This document shows positions 42,616 to 51,469 of a stretch of DNA of 64,000 bases, piece by piece (the stretch's first letter is position 1; each line of letters opens with the position of its first letter). The position numbers were made by a program, and so were the translations under genes. Source of the DNA: Candidatus Saccharimonadota bacterium (lineage in GTDB: Bacteria; Patescibacteriota; Saccharimonadia; Saccharimonadales; UBA10212); NCBI GenBank assembly GCA_016187125.1, contig JACPKF010000001.1:102931-166930 (forward strand), read 5' to 3'. Below the pieces are notes generated by a model. That model saw only the letters and a program-made list of their open reading frames with translations. It was not told the DNA's origin and searched no databases.

Positions 42616-43140
42616 TTACTTTACGTCCAATAAGATGATGTCGAACACCAAGTCAGCATTAGCCGGAATGCCCGAGCCTGGCGGCGGATTAGCTCCATAA
42701 GCCAGGCTAGCCGGAATCAGCAGTCGTCTTTGGCCGTTGACCTTCATTCCTGGAACTCCGTCAGTCCAGCCTTTGATAACTTGGTTGAGTCCAAACGTGG
42801 CTGGTCGCCCGCTATCCAGCGAACTTTCGAAGATTACTCCGGTGGCTGCTACCGCGCCGGTGTACTGCACGGTTACTATCGCGCCCGGCTTAGCTTCTGC
42901 ACCAGAGCCAACTTGTATATCCGTAGCTTGTAGTGAGTCGGCATGCGCTATAGGCGTGAAGCCGCTTAATTGGGTGCCTTTTAACTGCTGCGAGGGCTGA
43001 TTGTCGGTATTAATCACGGATGAGGTCTCCTGCTTTTGATGAGTTGCTTGCCAAAAGGCTACCACGCCGATACCAAGCCCCGTTCCCGCAAACAAAAGAA
43101 CCAAAAATAACCAGCCGGCGCGCCTTAATTTATCTTTCAT
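42616..43140 (-). CDS. FKBP-type peptidyl-prolyl cis-trans isomerase, membrane-anchored
   Basis: N-terminal TM helix. VTVQYTG...FESS...FGLNQVIKGWTDGVPGMKVNGQRRLLIPASLAYG. Confidence 0.9.
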   Translation of the reverse strand: MKDKLRRAGWLFLVLLFAGTGLGIGVVAFWQATHQKQETSSVINTDNQPSQQLKGTQLSGFTPIAHADSLQATDIQVGSGAEAKPGAIVTVQYTGAVAATGVIFESSLDSGRPATFGLNQVIKGWTDGVPGMKVNGQRRLLIPASLAYGANPPPGSGIPANADLVFDIILLDVK

Positions 43141-43228
43141 CCTCGAAATATTATACTCAGAAGTAAACCTTCGTGACTACCCATTAACTGACGGGGTTTT
43201 GCCAAGCACGCCAAGATCTACTTCTGGG

Positions 43229-45757
43229 TCATACTCTTTCCGCCTTAAATTTTACTTTGGCAGCGGCCGCTACCTTATCAAGTAGCGTGTTAACTTCGGC
43301 GGTAGTTAAGGTCCTATCTGGATGAGCGATGACTACGTGCCAGGTTGTTTGTTTGAGCTTTTTATCACCCGGCTTTTGGTAAATATCCAGAGTTCGCAGC
43401 CAGTGTGTATAACCATGTCCCTTAGAAAGATCGCCAAGAGACTTTAGTATAAAATCCGTCAGTTGGCTGTAGCCAAGATTGATACTTGTCCGCAAACATA
43501 AGTCTTGCTCCACGCTTGGGAAGCGGTTCAGTGAATAGTATGTTGGTGGTTGAGTTTGCATCAACAAAGCATTTATATCGATCTCGGCTTGCGCCGTGAA
43601 GCTAGGCAATTTAAGTATTTGTTTCAGAACTTGAGTCGGTTCGCCGACAAGGCCAATAACTTCATCTTTATGGTAGATGATGGCGCTGCGTTTAGGTTCA
43701 TAAGCTTGGGCCGTCACCTTCCATTGTTTATCTAATTTACTGTCTATAGGTTCATAACGAATTTTGTAGATTCCGATCCCATGTAATAGATTCTCTAGCT
43801 GTTTCTTGGCCGCAAAATATGGCGCTCCTTCTTCTTGGTTCGAATAGTTCTTGGTTGCGACCAAAGCCAGTCTATCTAACTCCTTTGGCAGTTTTTCTTC
43901 GTCGAGAACCCCCTTTATGTGGGTCCGGCCAAGTTCAAAAAGCACAAATTTATCAAAACCTTCCTTGACGTTGGTATGAATTTTTTCCAGCAGGCTCGGT
44001 GCCAGACTCAGACGGTAATATTGTAAGTCCGGGCTCAGCGCATTTCTAATATGGTAAGCGTCCTTGGTGTTTTGGCCGGCTTTTTGGATTAGTGAACTAT
44101 CAACAAAACTATAGGTCAGGACCTCGTTGGCTCCAGCCGAAGACAGTATTTGTCTAATTTTATTTTTAAAAACTAGGCTTTGATTTAGTTTTGCCGGGCT
44201 ATGATCCCGAGTTGGCAGCTTTAGTGGCAGATGATCATAGCCGTAGAGTCGGCCGATTTCTTCGACTATATCTTCGGGAATTACAATGTCTGTTCGCCAA
44301 AATGGTGCGATGATTCGCAGAGAGTCATCACTGCCTATTTCAACTTTGAATTCGACATTTTCTAATAGTTGTTTAGTTTGAGTAGCTGAAAGATTGAGTC
44401 CAAGTCGATCATTGATAAAGCCTAGTTTTGTTTTCACCTGAGATGGTGGAGCCAATTTGCTTTTGAGGTCGTAAACACTGCGGGCCGGCAGACCACCGCT
44501 TTCGTGAATCACAAAATCTATTGCCCTGGCCAACACCCGATCGTTCTGCCATGGCGATTGGTTTTTAGTAAAGCGCGTGGCAGCATCTGTAAATAAGCCG
44601 TGGGTCATAGCTGTTTTACGCGTCGCATTCATGTCAAAATTACCGACTTCCAAAATGATATTTTTGGTATTTTCATCGACTTCCGTATCGGCCCCGCCCA
44701 TAACACCACCAAGCCCAAGAACTAGTCTGTCAGTAGCGATAACTACTTCTTGGCCGCCCAGAGTAACTTCTTTGCCGCCTAAGATTTTAAGCTTTTCGCC
44801 CCTTCGAGCCATCCGGACTGTAATCTGGGCTTTGCTAGTAGCGCTCAGAGCTTTTACTTTATCGTAATCATAGGCATGCAGCGGCTGGGCAGTCTCCAGC
44901 ATTAAATAGTTGGTGATATCAACAATGTTGTTGATGGGACGCACAGCAACGCGCGCTAGAGCGGCTTGGATACCCAAGGACGAAGGACCAACTTTGACAT
45001 TCTTGACTATCTGCATCATAAAGCGTGGTACTAACATTGGTACTTGGTTTTTTACACTCAACAGTTGGTTATCTGTTTTATGTGTGCTGATTGTTTTATC
45101 ACCTAAATACCAATTCGGGGAGCGAAAAACCATGCCCTGGATGCCCGCCAGTTCGCGGGCAATGCCAAGCATACCGAAGCAGTCCGGGCGGTGGGTGAAC
45201 ATCTTGTTTTCGATGTCGATGATGTAATCATCAAGCCCGTAGACTTCGGCGAAAGGTTGGCCCGGTTTGGCCGGTTGGTCAATTACCAAAATGCCGGTGT
45301 GATCGTCACCGAGACTCAGTTCTTTCAAACTGGCGATCATACCGTTACTGACTTTGCCACGAATTTCTCTGGCCTCCAGCACCATCGGGTCTTTATCGAT
45401 CGTGACTGGAACTGTCTGACCGGGCGGGATCCAAGCTACCATTTGGCCAGCTTTGACATTCGGAGCTCCACAGACTACCTGTACCAAACCCTTACTGTCG
45501 TGCCTAACTTTTTTTACTACACCACCGTCGTCAATCATACAGACACTTAACTTGTCGGCATTGGGGTGTTTTTCACAACTCACAACCTTAGCCACGACAA
45601 CGCCTCGATATTTTTTTCCGACATCAACAACTTCTTCAACCGCGCCCAACTGGGAGCCAATTTTTTCAACTAAAGCATCAATGCCTTTTGGCATCGGATC
45701 TGCCGAACATTGGTATTTTTTATTTATTTCACGAATCCAGTTAACCGAGACCTTCAT
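43229..45757 (-). CDS. pheT: Phenylalanine--tRNA ligase beta subunit
   Basis: tRNA-binding OB domain (HPNADKLSVC), B3/4 and B5 domains, FDX-ACB C-terminal domain. 842 aa. Confidence 0.95.
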   Translation of the reverse strand: MKVSVNWIREINKKYQCSADPMPKGIDALVEKIGSQLGAVEEVVDVGKKYRGVVVAKVVSCEKHPNADKLSVCMIDDGGVVKKVRHDSKGLVQVVCGAPNVKAGQMVAWIPPGQTVPVTIDKDPMVLEAREIRGKVSNGMIASLKELSLGDDHTGILVIDQPAKPGQPFAEVYGLDDYIIDIENKMFTHRPDCFGMLGIARELAGIQGMVFRSPNWYLGDKTISTHKTDNQLLSVKNQVPMLVPRFMMQIVKNVKVGPSSLGIQAALARVAVRPINNIVDITNYLMLETAQPLHAYDYDKVKALSATSKAQITVRMARRGEKLKILGGKEVTLGGQEVVIATDRLVLGLGGVMGGADTEVDENTKNIILEVGNFDMNATRKTAMTHGLFTDAATRFTKNQSPWQNDRVLARAIDFVIHESGGLPARSVYDLKSKLAPPSQVKTKLGFINDRLGLNLSATQTKQLLENVEFKVEIGSDDSLRIIAPFWRTDIVIPEDIVEEIGRLYGYDHLPLKLPTRDHSPAKLNQSLVFKNKIRQILSSAGANEVLTYSFVDSSLIQKAGQNTKDAYHIRNALSPDLQYYRLSLAPSLLEKIHTNVKEGFDKFVLFELGRTHIKGVLDEEKLPKELDRLALVATKNYSNQEEGAPYFAAKKQLENLLHGIGIYKIRYEPIDSKLDKQWKVTAQAYEPKRSAIIYHKDEVIGLVGEPTQVLKQILKLPSFTAQAEIDINALLMQTQPPTYYSLNRFPSVEQDLCLRTSINLGYSQLTDFILKSLGDLSKGHGYTHWLRTLDIYQKPGDKKLKQTTWHVVIAHPDRTLTTAEVNTLLDKVAAAAKVKFKAERV

Positions 45758-46197
45758 TCTTTGGTCTCCGTATCTCGTATCTGGTATAAGGTATTAGGTA
45801 TATTGTTTTTTGTTTTAGAAGATTTGATCAGTCCATTTATCAGCTTGTTCGTACGTTCAGAGAGAATAAACAGAGTTTCTGATTCTTTTTCATCTATATA
45901 TCCGAGGTCTGATGAAATTTTAAGCTGATTTTGTAGTTCTGTGAGCGAGCCTTGAGCCATAAAGTAGAATTGATTTTTGTTCTCTCGTGTTTTTCTTGAG
46001 AAGCCTTCCGCAAGATTTGAAGTAACAGAAACTGAAGATCTCCGCATCTGACTCACTAGATTATACTGTTCATTTTTAGGAAATTGCTTGGTTAGTTTGT
46101 ATACAACCAGTGCAAGCTCATGGCCAACTTGCCAGGCGATTAAATCCATAAAGGATTTTATTTTCTGGTTCTCTATACCTGATACTTTATACGTCAT
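45754..46197 (-). CDS. Four-helix-bundle protein (23S rRNA IVS protein / Avd-like family)
   Basis: IKSFMDLIAWQVGHELALVVYKLTKQFP ... SQMRRSSVSVTSNLAEGFSR ... FYFMAQGSLTELQNQL..DLGYI. Overlaps the pheS end by 11 nt and the pheT start by 4 nt. Confidence 0.85.
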   Translation of the reverse strand: MTYKVSGIENQKIKSFMDLIAWQVGHELALVVYKLTKQFPKNEQYNLVSQMRRSSVSVTSNLAEGFSRKTRENKNQFYFMAQGSLTELQNQLKISSDLGYIDEKESETLFILSERTNKLINGLIKSSKTKNNIPNTLYQIRDTETKE

Positions 46198-47263
46198 ACC
46201 ATATACCTTCTAAACTGAATTGCCTCAAGAACTTTAGGTTGCCGGAGTGAAAGTGTCTAATGTCTTCGATGCCATACTTCATCATTACCAAGCGTTCAAG
46301 TCCGCAACCCCATGCAAACCCGGTGTATACAATTGGGTCAATGCCGGCCAATTTAAGTACGTTCGGATGGATCATTCCCATACCTAACAGTTCTATCCAA
46401 CCGGTGTAACCACAGACATGGCAACCTTTCTTTTGACAGAATGGGCAGCTTAAAGCTAGCTCAAATGAGGGTTCAGTGAAAGGAAAATAGAAGGGCTGGG
46501 TCTTTATTTCAAGGTCTTGCTGGTAATATTCCTGCAAAAAAGTCTTAAAAGTAGCTAGCAGATTGCCTACATGGATGTCTTTATCGACATAGACCCCTTC
46601 AAACTGGTGGAATGTATGCTCGTGTCGAGCATCCAAATCTTCATTTCGAAAGACTCGCCCAGGCAGTAAAATCGCGATGGGCTTACCATTCTCCAGGTTG
46701 ATCTTAAACTCTTTTAGTACTCGGTTCTGCATAGTCGATGTATGAGCCGGTGCAACTAAATCTTCATCGGTTACAAAAGTATCATAATCATCCCGAGCAG
46801 GATGGTCTTTAGGAAAGTTCAGGGAAGTAAACATGTGCCAATCATCATCAAGCTCTCTTGATTCCACGGCTGTGAAGCCCATGCGATAGAAAATATCTAG
46901 TACAGTTGCTAGTTCGCTCATCAATGGATGCTGACTACCCATATCAGCCGTCAGTAATTTGGGTTTTTGTTCTGGGGGTACATTGATGTCAAAGGGCGCC
47001 GTTATATCAATTGAGCTTAAAGCTTTAGGCTTAAAGCTTTGAGCTTGGCGAACGAGCTGCTCAAGCTTACTTTTAAGTTGATTTACTTCCTTCCCAAAAG
47101 CAGCTCGTTCGCCGGCCGGCAGTGTTTTTATGCGGTCGTAAAGCGCTACCAGTTCCGGCGCTCGCAAAATTGCTCGCTTATCTTCGAGTTTTTTAAGCTT
47201 CTCACTTAGAACTTTAGCAGCCGCTTGCACCTCTTTGTCGACATACGCCATAACTGGACACAA
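46187..47263 (-). CDS. pheS: Phenylalanine--tRNA ligase alpha subunit
   Basis: Class II aaRS motifs (HPARD, FRNEDLDARHEHTFHQFEG, GFAWGCGLERL). The likely start is the ATG at 47251 (MAYVDKE). Confidence 0.95.
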   Translation of the reverse strand: MCPVMAYVDKEVQAAAKVLSEKLKKLEDKRAILRAPELVALYDRIKTLPAGERAAFGKEVNQLKSKLEQLVRQAQSFKPKALSSIDITAPFDINVPPEQKPKLLTADMGSQHPLMSELATVLDIFYRMGFTAVESRELDDDWHMFTSLNFPKDHPARDDYDTFVTDEDLVAPAHTSTMQNRVLKEFKINLENGKPIAILLPGRVFRNEDLDARHEHTFHQFEGVYVDKDIHVGNLLATFKTFLQEYYQQDLEIKTQPFYFPFTEPSFELALSCPFCQKKGCHVCGYTGWIELLGMGMIHPNVLKLAGIDPIVYTGFAWGCGLERLVMMKYGIEDIRHFHSGNLKFLRQFSLEGIWYDV

Positions 47264-47316
47264 TTATAGCAATCAACACCTCTGCTGACCACAGGAGTTG
47301 ATATACTTAAACAGTA

Positions 47317-48711
47317 ATGAATAAAGACCAGCTGTTGCTTAAGGAGGCTCAGAAAGTTTTAAAACAAAACGACCGTGGCGACTGGACGGTGCCGGCCGGC
47401 GATCTTTACCCACACCAGTGGCTTTGGGACAGTTGTTTTATTGCCATCGGGCTGCGTCATTTGGATATACAAAGGGCCCAAACAGAGCTAACTAGCCTGC
47501 TCCGCGGCCAGTGGAGCAACGGCATGCTGCCCAACATTATATTTTCAGATGGCCGCGAATTTCATCGTGACCGAGAGCTTTGGCGCAGCTATGTGAACCC
47601 TTATGCACCAGATAATGTTGCCACTAGCGGAATAACACAGCCGCCAATGCTGGCCGAGGCGGTCCTTCGAGTTGGGGAAAAACTAAAAAATCCACAACGT
47701 CGTAGCTGGTATCAAAGCGTGTTTGTTGAGCTAGTGCGTTACCATGAATGGCTTTACAATGAACGCGATCCCCACAAAGAAGGTTTAATCCTGCTTCTGC
47801 ATCCTTACGAATCGGGTTTAGACAATTCCCCTCCCTGGATAAGCGAGCTACGCAAACATAGCATGCCGTGGTGGGTGGTGGCTGTTGAACGTCTACGTCT
47901 TGACAGCTTTGTTAATTTAGTTAGACACGACACTCGCCATATACCGCCTGGGCAACGAATGAGCAATATTGAGGCTATGGCCTATTGGGCAGCTATAAGA
48001 CGACTCAGGCGCAAAGCTTATAACAGTGAGGCTCTACTGCCGCGCTCACTTTTTGCGGTACAGGACCTAGCCTTTAATTGCATTTTGATCCGAGCAAACA
48101 GCTGTCTTAAAGAGATTTCTCAAATCATCGGCCGAGAATTGCCAGCTGAATTAGTCCAAAAAATAGAGACTACCGAAAAAGCCTTGGAACAGCTTTGGGA
48201 TGATACCACTGGCCAGTACTATAGCCGTAGCTTCGTCAGCCATAAACTGATAGAAGAACCGACTGTGGCAACTTTATTACCACTCTACGCCGGGAAAATT
48301 TCTAAGGCGCGAGCCGAACATTTGGCTGGTTTACTCAAACGCCGTAAGTGGTTTGCAACCAACTGGCCGGTGCCTAGCGTTCCACTGTGTTCGTCATATT
48401 TTGATCCTATCAAATACTGGCAGGGCCCGACTTGGGTTAATACCAATTGGCTTATCATCGAGGGTTTGAAAAACTATGGCTTTGACCAAGAAGCTGCAGC
48501 CTTGCGTCAAAAGACTCTGGATTTGGTCGCTAAAAACGGGATGAATCCCGTTAGAGGTAAGAAATCAGCAATTTCTGCCGACTCGCATATAACGAACCGG
48601 ACTTCTAGCGGGATGAACGAATACTTTAACCCTATTAATGGCCACCCTGTTGGCGCTCCTAATTTCAGCTGGACCGCCGCCCTTACTATCGATCTACTTA
48701 AGCAGCCCTAA
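47317..48711 (+). CDS. GH63-family glycosidase (glucosylglycerate/mannosylglycerate hydrolase-like)
   Basis: LYPHQWLWDSCFIAIGL, GQWSNGMLPNIIF, TSGITQPPM, HPYESGLDNSPPW, YWQGPTWVNTNWL, NEYFNPINGHPVGAPNFSWTAA. From memory this closely parallels mycobacterial GgH. Confidence 0.8.
   Translation: MNKDQLLLKEAQKVLKQNDRGDWTVPAGDLYPHQWLWDSCFIAIGLRHLDIQRAQTELTSLLRGQWSNGMLPNIIFSDGREFHRDRELWRSYVNPYAPDNVATSGITQPPMLAEAVLRVGEKLKNPQRRSWYQSVFVELVRYHEWLYNERDPHKEGLILLLHPYESGLDNSPPWISELRKHSMPWWVVAVERLRLDSFVNLVRHDTRHIPPGQRMSNIEAMAYWAAIRRLRRKAYNSEALLPRSLFAVQDLAFNCILIRANSCLKEISQIIGRELPAELVQKIETTEKALEQLWDDTTGQYYSRSFVSHKLIEEPTVATLLPLYAGKISKARAEHLAGLLKRRKWFATNWPVPSVPLCSSYFDPIKYWQGPTWVNTNWLIIEGLKNYGFDQEAAALRQKTLDLVAKNGMNPVRGKKSAISADSHITNRTSSGMNEYFNPINGHPVGAPNFSWTAALTIDLLKQP
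48546..48613. mobile_element. MITE-like palindromic element, copy C (short form), in frame inside the GH63 CDS
   Basis: TGAA (48542-48545)|TCCCGTTAGAGGTAAG ... GGACTTCTAGCGGGA|TGAA (48614-48617). 68 bp plus a 4-bp duplication gives 72 bp, or 24 codons (PVRGKKSAISADSHITNRTSSGMN). Confidence 0.7.
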
Positions 48712-48728
48712 AAATACTCAATATTGCT

Positions 48729-48768
48729 TTATCCCGTTTTTTGTCCGATCGGACAAAAAACGGGATAA
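48729..48768. terminator. 40-bp perfect palindrome between the convergent GH63 and rmuC genes (bidirectional terminator candidate)
   Basis: TTATCCCGTTTTTTGTCCGA|TCGGACAAAAAACGGGATAA. Confidence 0.55.
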
Positions 48769-48794
48769 TAATGAACCAATACAACTTGGAGTTT

Positions 48795-49874
48795 TTATTC
48801 TTCGTCGAGACTGGGGCGGTCCAGCAGCATCGGTTCGACGCTGGGACTAGTGTTGGCGATTTTTACCACGTCTTTGTCTATTTTGCCCAGTTCTTTGTAG
48901 GTGGTATTAAAATGCCCGACAGTTGTGCCCAAGCTACTGCCAAGCTTTTGCATGTAACCGTTATGGGCGACCAGGTGCCGGCTTAGTTGTTCGATGTTTT
49001 TGCGAATTTTCTCGGTATCTTTATGGATGTCTATGGAGCGCAGGCCCTGGGCAATAATTTGCAACATAGCCGCCAATGTACTGGGACCGACGATGGTAAC
49101 CTTCTTATCCGCCGCCGCGTACTGGATTAAGTTGCGGCCGCTGACACCACCCAGTCCGACTTTATTAGCCAGTAAGTCGTAGTAAATGCCTTCGCTGGGA
49201 ATAAACATCAAGGCTTGGTCCAGCGTGCCCTTGCCTGGCTTAATATATTTGGCGGCCTCGTCGATGCGTTTTTTGAGGTCTTCCTTAAAAGCCCGCTCCA
49301 GCGCCGGCCGGTCTTCCGGCTTGGCTTCCACCAGCCGATTATAGTTTTCCAGGCTAAATTTGCTGTCTATGGGAAGCAGTTTGTCGTCCAGCTTAACAAC
49401 GGCATCTACCACCATCCCATCGCTCAATTTATATTGGAGCTGGAAGGCTCCCGGCGGCAAGACGTTTTTTAGAATTTGCTCGAGATAATATTCCCCCAAA
49501 ACACCCCTTTGTTTGGGATTTTGCAAGACGTTTTGCAGAGATTTTAATTCGGACGCTATATCGCCAACGTTTTTATTAGTTCTATCGAGTTCGGTCAGTT
49601 TTTGGGTGACATCGCGAATAATCTTGGCGCTTTGAGCATACTGGGCGGCCATTTGTTTGTTGCTGCTTCCTAATTGTTCTGTCAGTTTTTTCTGCAGGTT
49701 TTCATTAAGCAAAGTAACATTTTCGCTAATTTGAGTCAGGTCGGCCTTAAGCAGCAGAGCCGAATTACTATCGCCAGGTTTGAGAAGAATTTTCCAAACT
49801 ACCACTCCTAGCAAGGCCACGCATAAAATCCCCAAAATAATAATAGCCGGTAACATAATCGATTTACCTTTCAC
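48795..49874 (-). CDS. rmuC: DNA recombination protein RmuC
   Basis: N-terminal TM helix, long coiled coil, and RmuC nuclease-like domain (LPIDSKFSLENY, MFIPSEGIYY). Confidence 0.88.
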   Translation of the reverse strand: MKGKSIMLPAIIILGILCVALLGVVVWKILLKPGDSNSALLLKADLTQISENVTLLNENLQKKLTEQLGSSNKQMAAQYAQSAKIIRDVTQKLTELDRTNKNVGDIASELKSLQNVLQNPKQRGVLGEYYLEQILKNVLPPGAFQLQYKLSDGMVVDAVVKLDDKLLPIDSKFSLENYNRLVEAKPEDRPALERAFKEDLKKRIDEAAKYIKPGKGTLDQALMFIPSEGIYYDLLANKVGLGGVSGRNLIQYAAADKKVTIVGPSTLAAMLQIIAQGLRSIDIHKDTEKIRKNIEQLSRHLVAHNGYMQKLGSSLGTTVGHFNTTYKELGKIDKDVVKIANTSPSVEPMLLDRPSLDEE

Positions 49875-49887
49875 TTTAACTCATGGA

Positions 49888-49922
49888 CAAAGAAGCGGCG
49901 ATCAACCGCTTCTTTGTTTTTG
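49888..49922 (+). terminator. Stem-loop followed by a T-run
   Basis: ACAAAGAAGCGG cgatcaa CCGCTTCTTTGT TTTT. Canonical on the plus strand only, where no upstream plus-strand gene exists. Lies between the zupT end and the rmuC start. Confidence 0.4.
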
Positions 49923-50136
49923 GAGGGCTTGCCCGTTTCGATAGCTTTGGCGAAAGTACACTTTCTTGAAACAACTATGTGTCTCCTCAGCAACTTCTAC
50001 TTTGAAACAATTTTCCAAGATACCCAGACCTTGATCGCCATATAGTTTTGACGGCCAGTGACTTCATGAAATGCGGTGTACCCGTCAGGTGTACCTATCC
50101 TATTCCACTCTTGGTCCGTCTATATTATACCAAAAA

Positions 50137-50862
50137 TTACGCAAGTCTTGTGACCCCGAACATAAAAGCTGTGCCTAGGACTGTCAGCAGAATGGTCCAG
50201 CGGGATGAGCCTTTGGAGTGGGCTTGGGGCAAGATGTCGCTGGCCCCAATGTAGAGCAAAAAGCCGGCAAAAAAACCAAGGTAAAGCGCCAAAACACTTT
50301 CCGACAATGTGAATAGTAGGGTGCTGAGACCACCGAGTATTGGCATGACAGCCGCGGCCAGCAGCATTTTTTGGGCCCTGCTTGGTTTGTTTTGGTGGAA
50401 CAGCATAACGTTGGTGGTATTAAAACCGTCGGCAAAACGGTGGCCTATTACGGCTATAGCTACTGCCACACCAACAGCCGTGCTTACCTGGAAAGCAATA
50501 CCAATACTCACTCCATCCAAAAAACTATGCCCCGACAAGGCTACAGCGCCCGCTACGCCAACGTGGGGGTGCTGATGCGGACCGTACTGCGATTCATGCG
50601 AGTTATGAATCAATATCGATTTTTCTACAATATGGAAAAGCAGGAAGCCCAAAACGAGCGTTAGCATCGGCCAAGTGATATCTAAGCCGGTAGTTTGGCT
50701 GATATGAAATATTTCCGGCAATAGATCAAAAGCTACCAGTCCCAAAATTATACCGGCGGTAAAGCCGAGTGTTAGATATAGTTTGCTGCGGCTGCGAATG
50801 GCAGCCAGTCCACCTAAAAGTGCTGCCAGAGCGGCAACAACTGACAGTAGAAAAACTAGCAT
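50137..50862 (-). CDS. zupT: ZIP-family zinc transporter
   Basis: Eight predicted TM helices. His-rich loop (HNSHESQYGPHQHPH). HSFLDGVSIG and IGHRFADGF motifs. Confidence 0.85.
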   Translation of the reverse strand: MLVFLLSVVAALAALLGGLAAIRSRSKLYLTLGFTAGIILGLVAFDLLPEIFHISQTTGLDITWPMLTLVLGFLLFHIVEKSILIHNSHESQYGPHQHPHVGVAGAVALSGHSFLDGVSIGIAFQVSTAVGVAVAIAVIGHRFADGFNTTNVMLFHQNKPSRAQKMLLAAAVMPILGGLSTLLFTLSESVLALYLGFFAGFLLYIGASDILPQAHSKGSSRWTILLTVLGTAFMFGVTRLA

Positions 50863-50928
50863 AATCGTATTCTATATTTTTAAAATGCTTATTTGCAAAT
50901 TTGTCGCAGTTTTATGTAAAATTGCTGT

Positions 50929-51342
50929 ATGTACGACGATTTAGCCGCTCTACTGAAGAAAAACAACGCCAGTTTGACGCAACCACGTAAAAAGATATTT
51001 GACCTCTTACTCAATCAGGAACCCCAGACTGTGCAGGTGTTAGTCCGCCGGGCAGCTGGCGAGGTCGATCGAGCCACTGTTTATCGAGCCATAGAGCTAT
51101 TTGAACGACTCGGAATAGCCCACCGTCTTAATATCGGCTGGAAATACAAAATCGAGCTCAGTGATATTTTTGCTAAGCACCACCACCATTTTTACTGCAC
51201 CAATTGTGGCAATACTTTTAATCTGTCTCAAAACACTATGCTAGAAACCATGATTGATTCAGTCTCCTCCAAAACCGGTTTTTCGCCACGAGGTCATCAG
51301 CTAGAGGTTTATGGCCTATGCGCAAACTGCCAAAGTAGTTAA
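50929..51342 (+). CDS. Fur-family metalloregulator (Zur-like)
   Basis: wHTH (ATVYRAIELFERLGI), HHHHFYCTNCG and CANC metal sites. Divergent from the ZIP transporter. Confidence 0.85.
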   Translation: MYDDLAALLKKNNASLTQPRKKIFDLLLNQEPQTVQVLVRRAAGEVDRATVYRAIELFERLGIAHRLNIGWKYKIELSDIFAKHHHHFYCTNCGNTFNLSQNTMLETMIDSVSSKTGFSPRGHQLEVYGLCANCQSS

Positions 51343-51469
51343 TCTCTAAACACTAAATCTGAAATCCTAAACAAAAATTAAATTACAATTCTCCGAAATC
51401 CAAATTGTCTGTAATTTAAGAATTCGGGCTTGTTTAGAGTTTAGAAATTCGTGCTTAGGAATTGGGCTT
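51343..51469. repeat. Short-period imperfect palindrome between the convergent zur and MFS genes
   Basis: tctctaaacactaaatctgaaatcctaaac ... gtttagagtttagaaattcgtgcttagg, with an inner aattacaa..ttgtctgtaatt pairing. Confidence 0.45.

Noticed and set aside
45754-46197. Possibility that the Avd-like four-helix-bundle gene marks a diversity-generating retroelement.
   Set aside because: There is no reverse transcriptase ORF and no template/variable repeat pair anywhere in the 64-kb window. The gene is flanked directly by pheS and pheT.
47264-47316. T-box or attenuator leader upstream of pheS.
   Set aside because: Only 53 bp separate pheS from the divergent GH63 gene. That is too short for a T-box, and only a TATAAT about 11 nt upstream of the ATG is visible.
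50863-50928. Zur/Fur box in the zupT / zur divergent region.
   Set aside because: Only a 10-bp palindrome (atttgcaaat) and a half-site-like aatcgtatt are present. There is no convincing 15-19-bp inverted repeat matching known Fur or Zur boxes, so no site is called.
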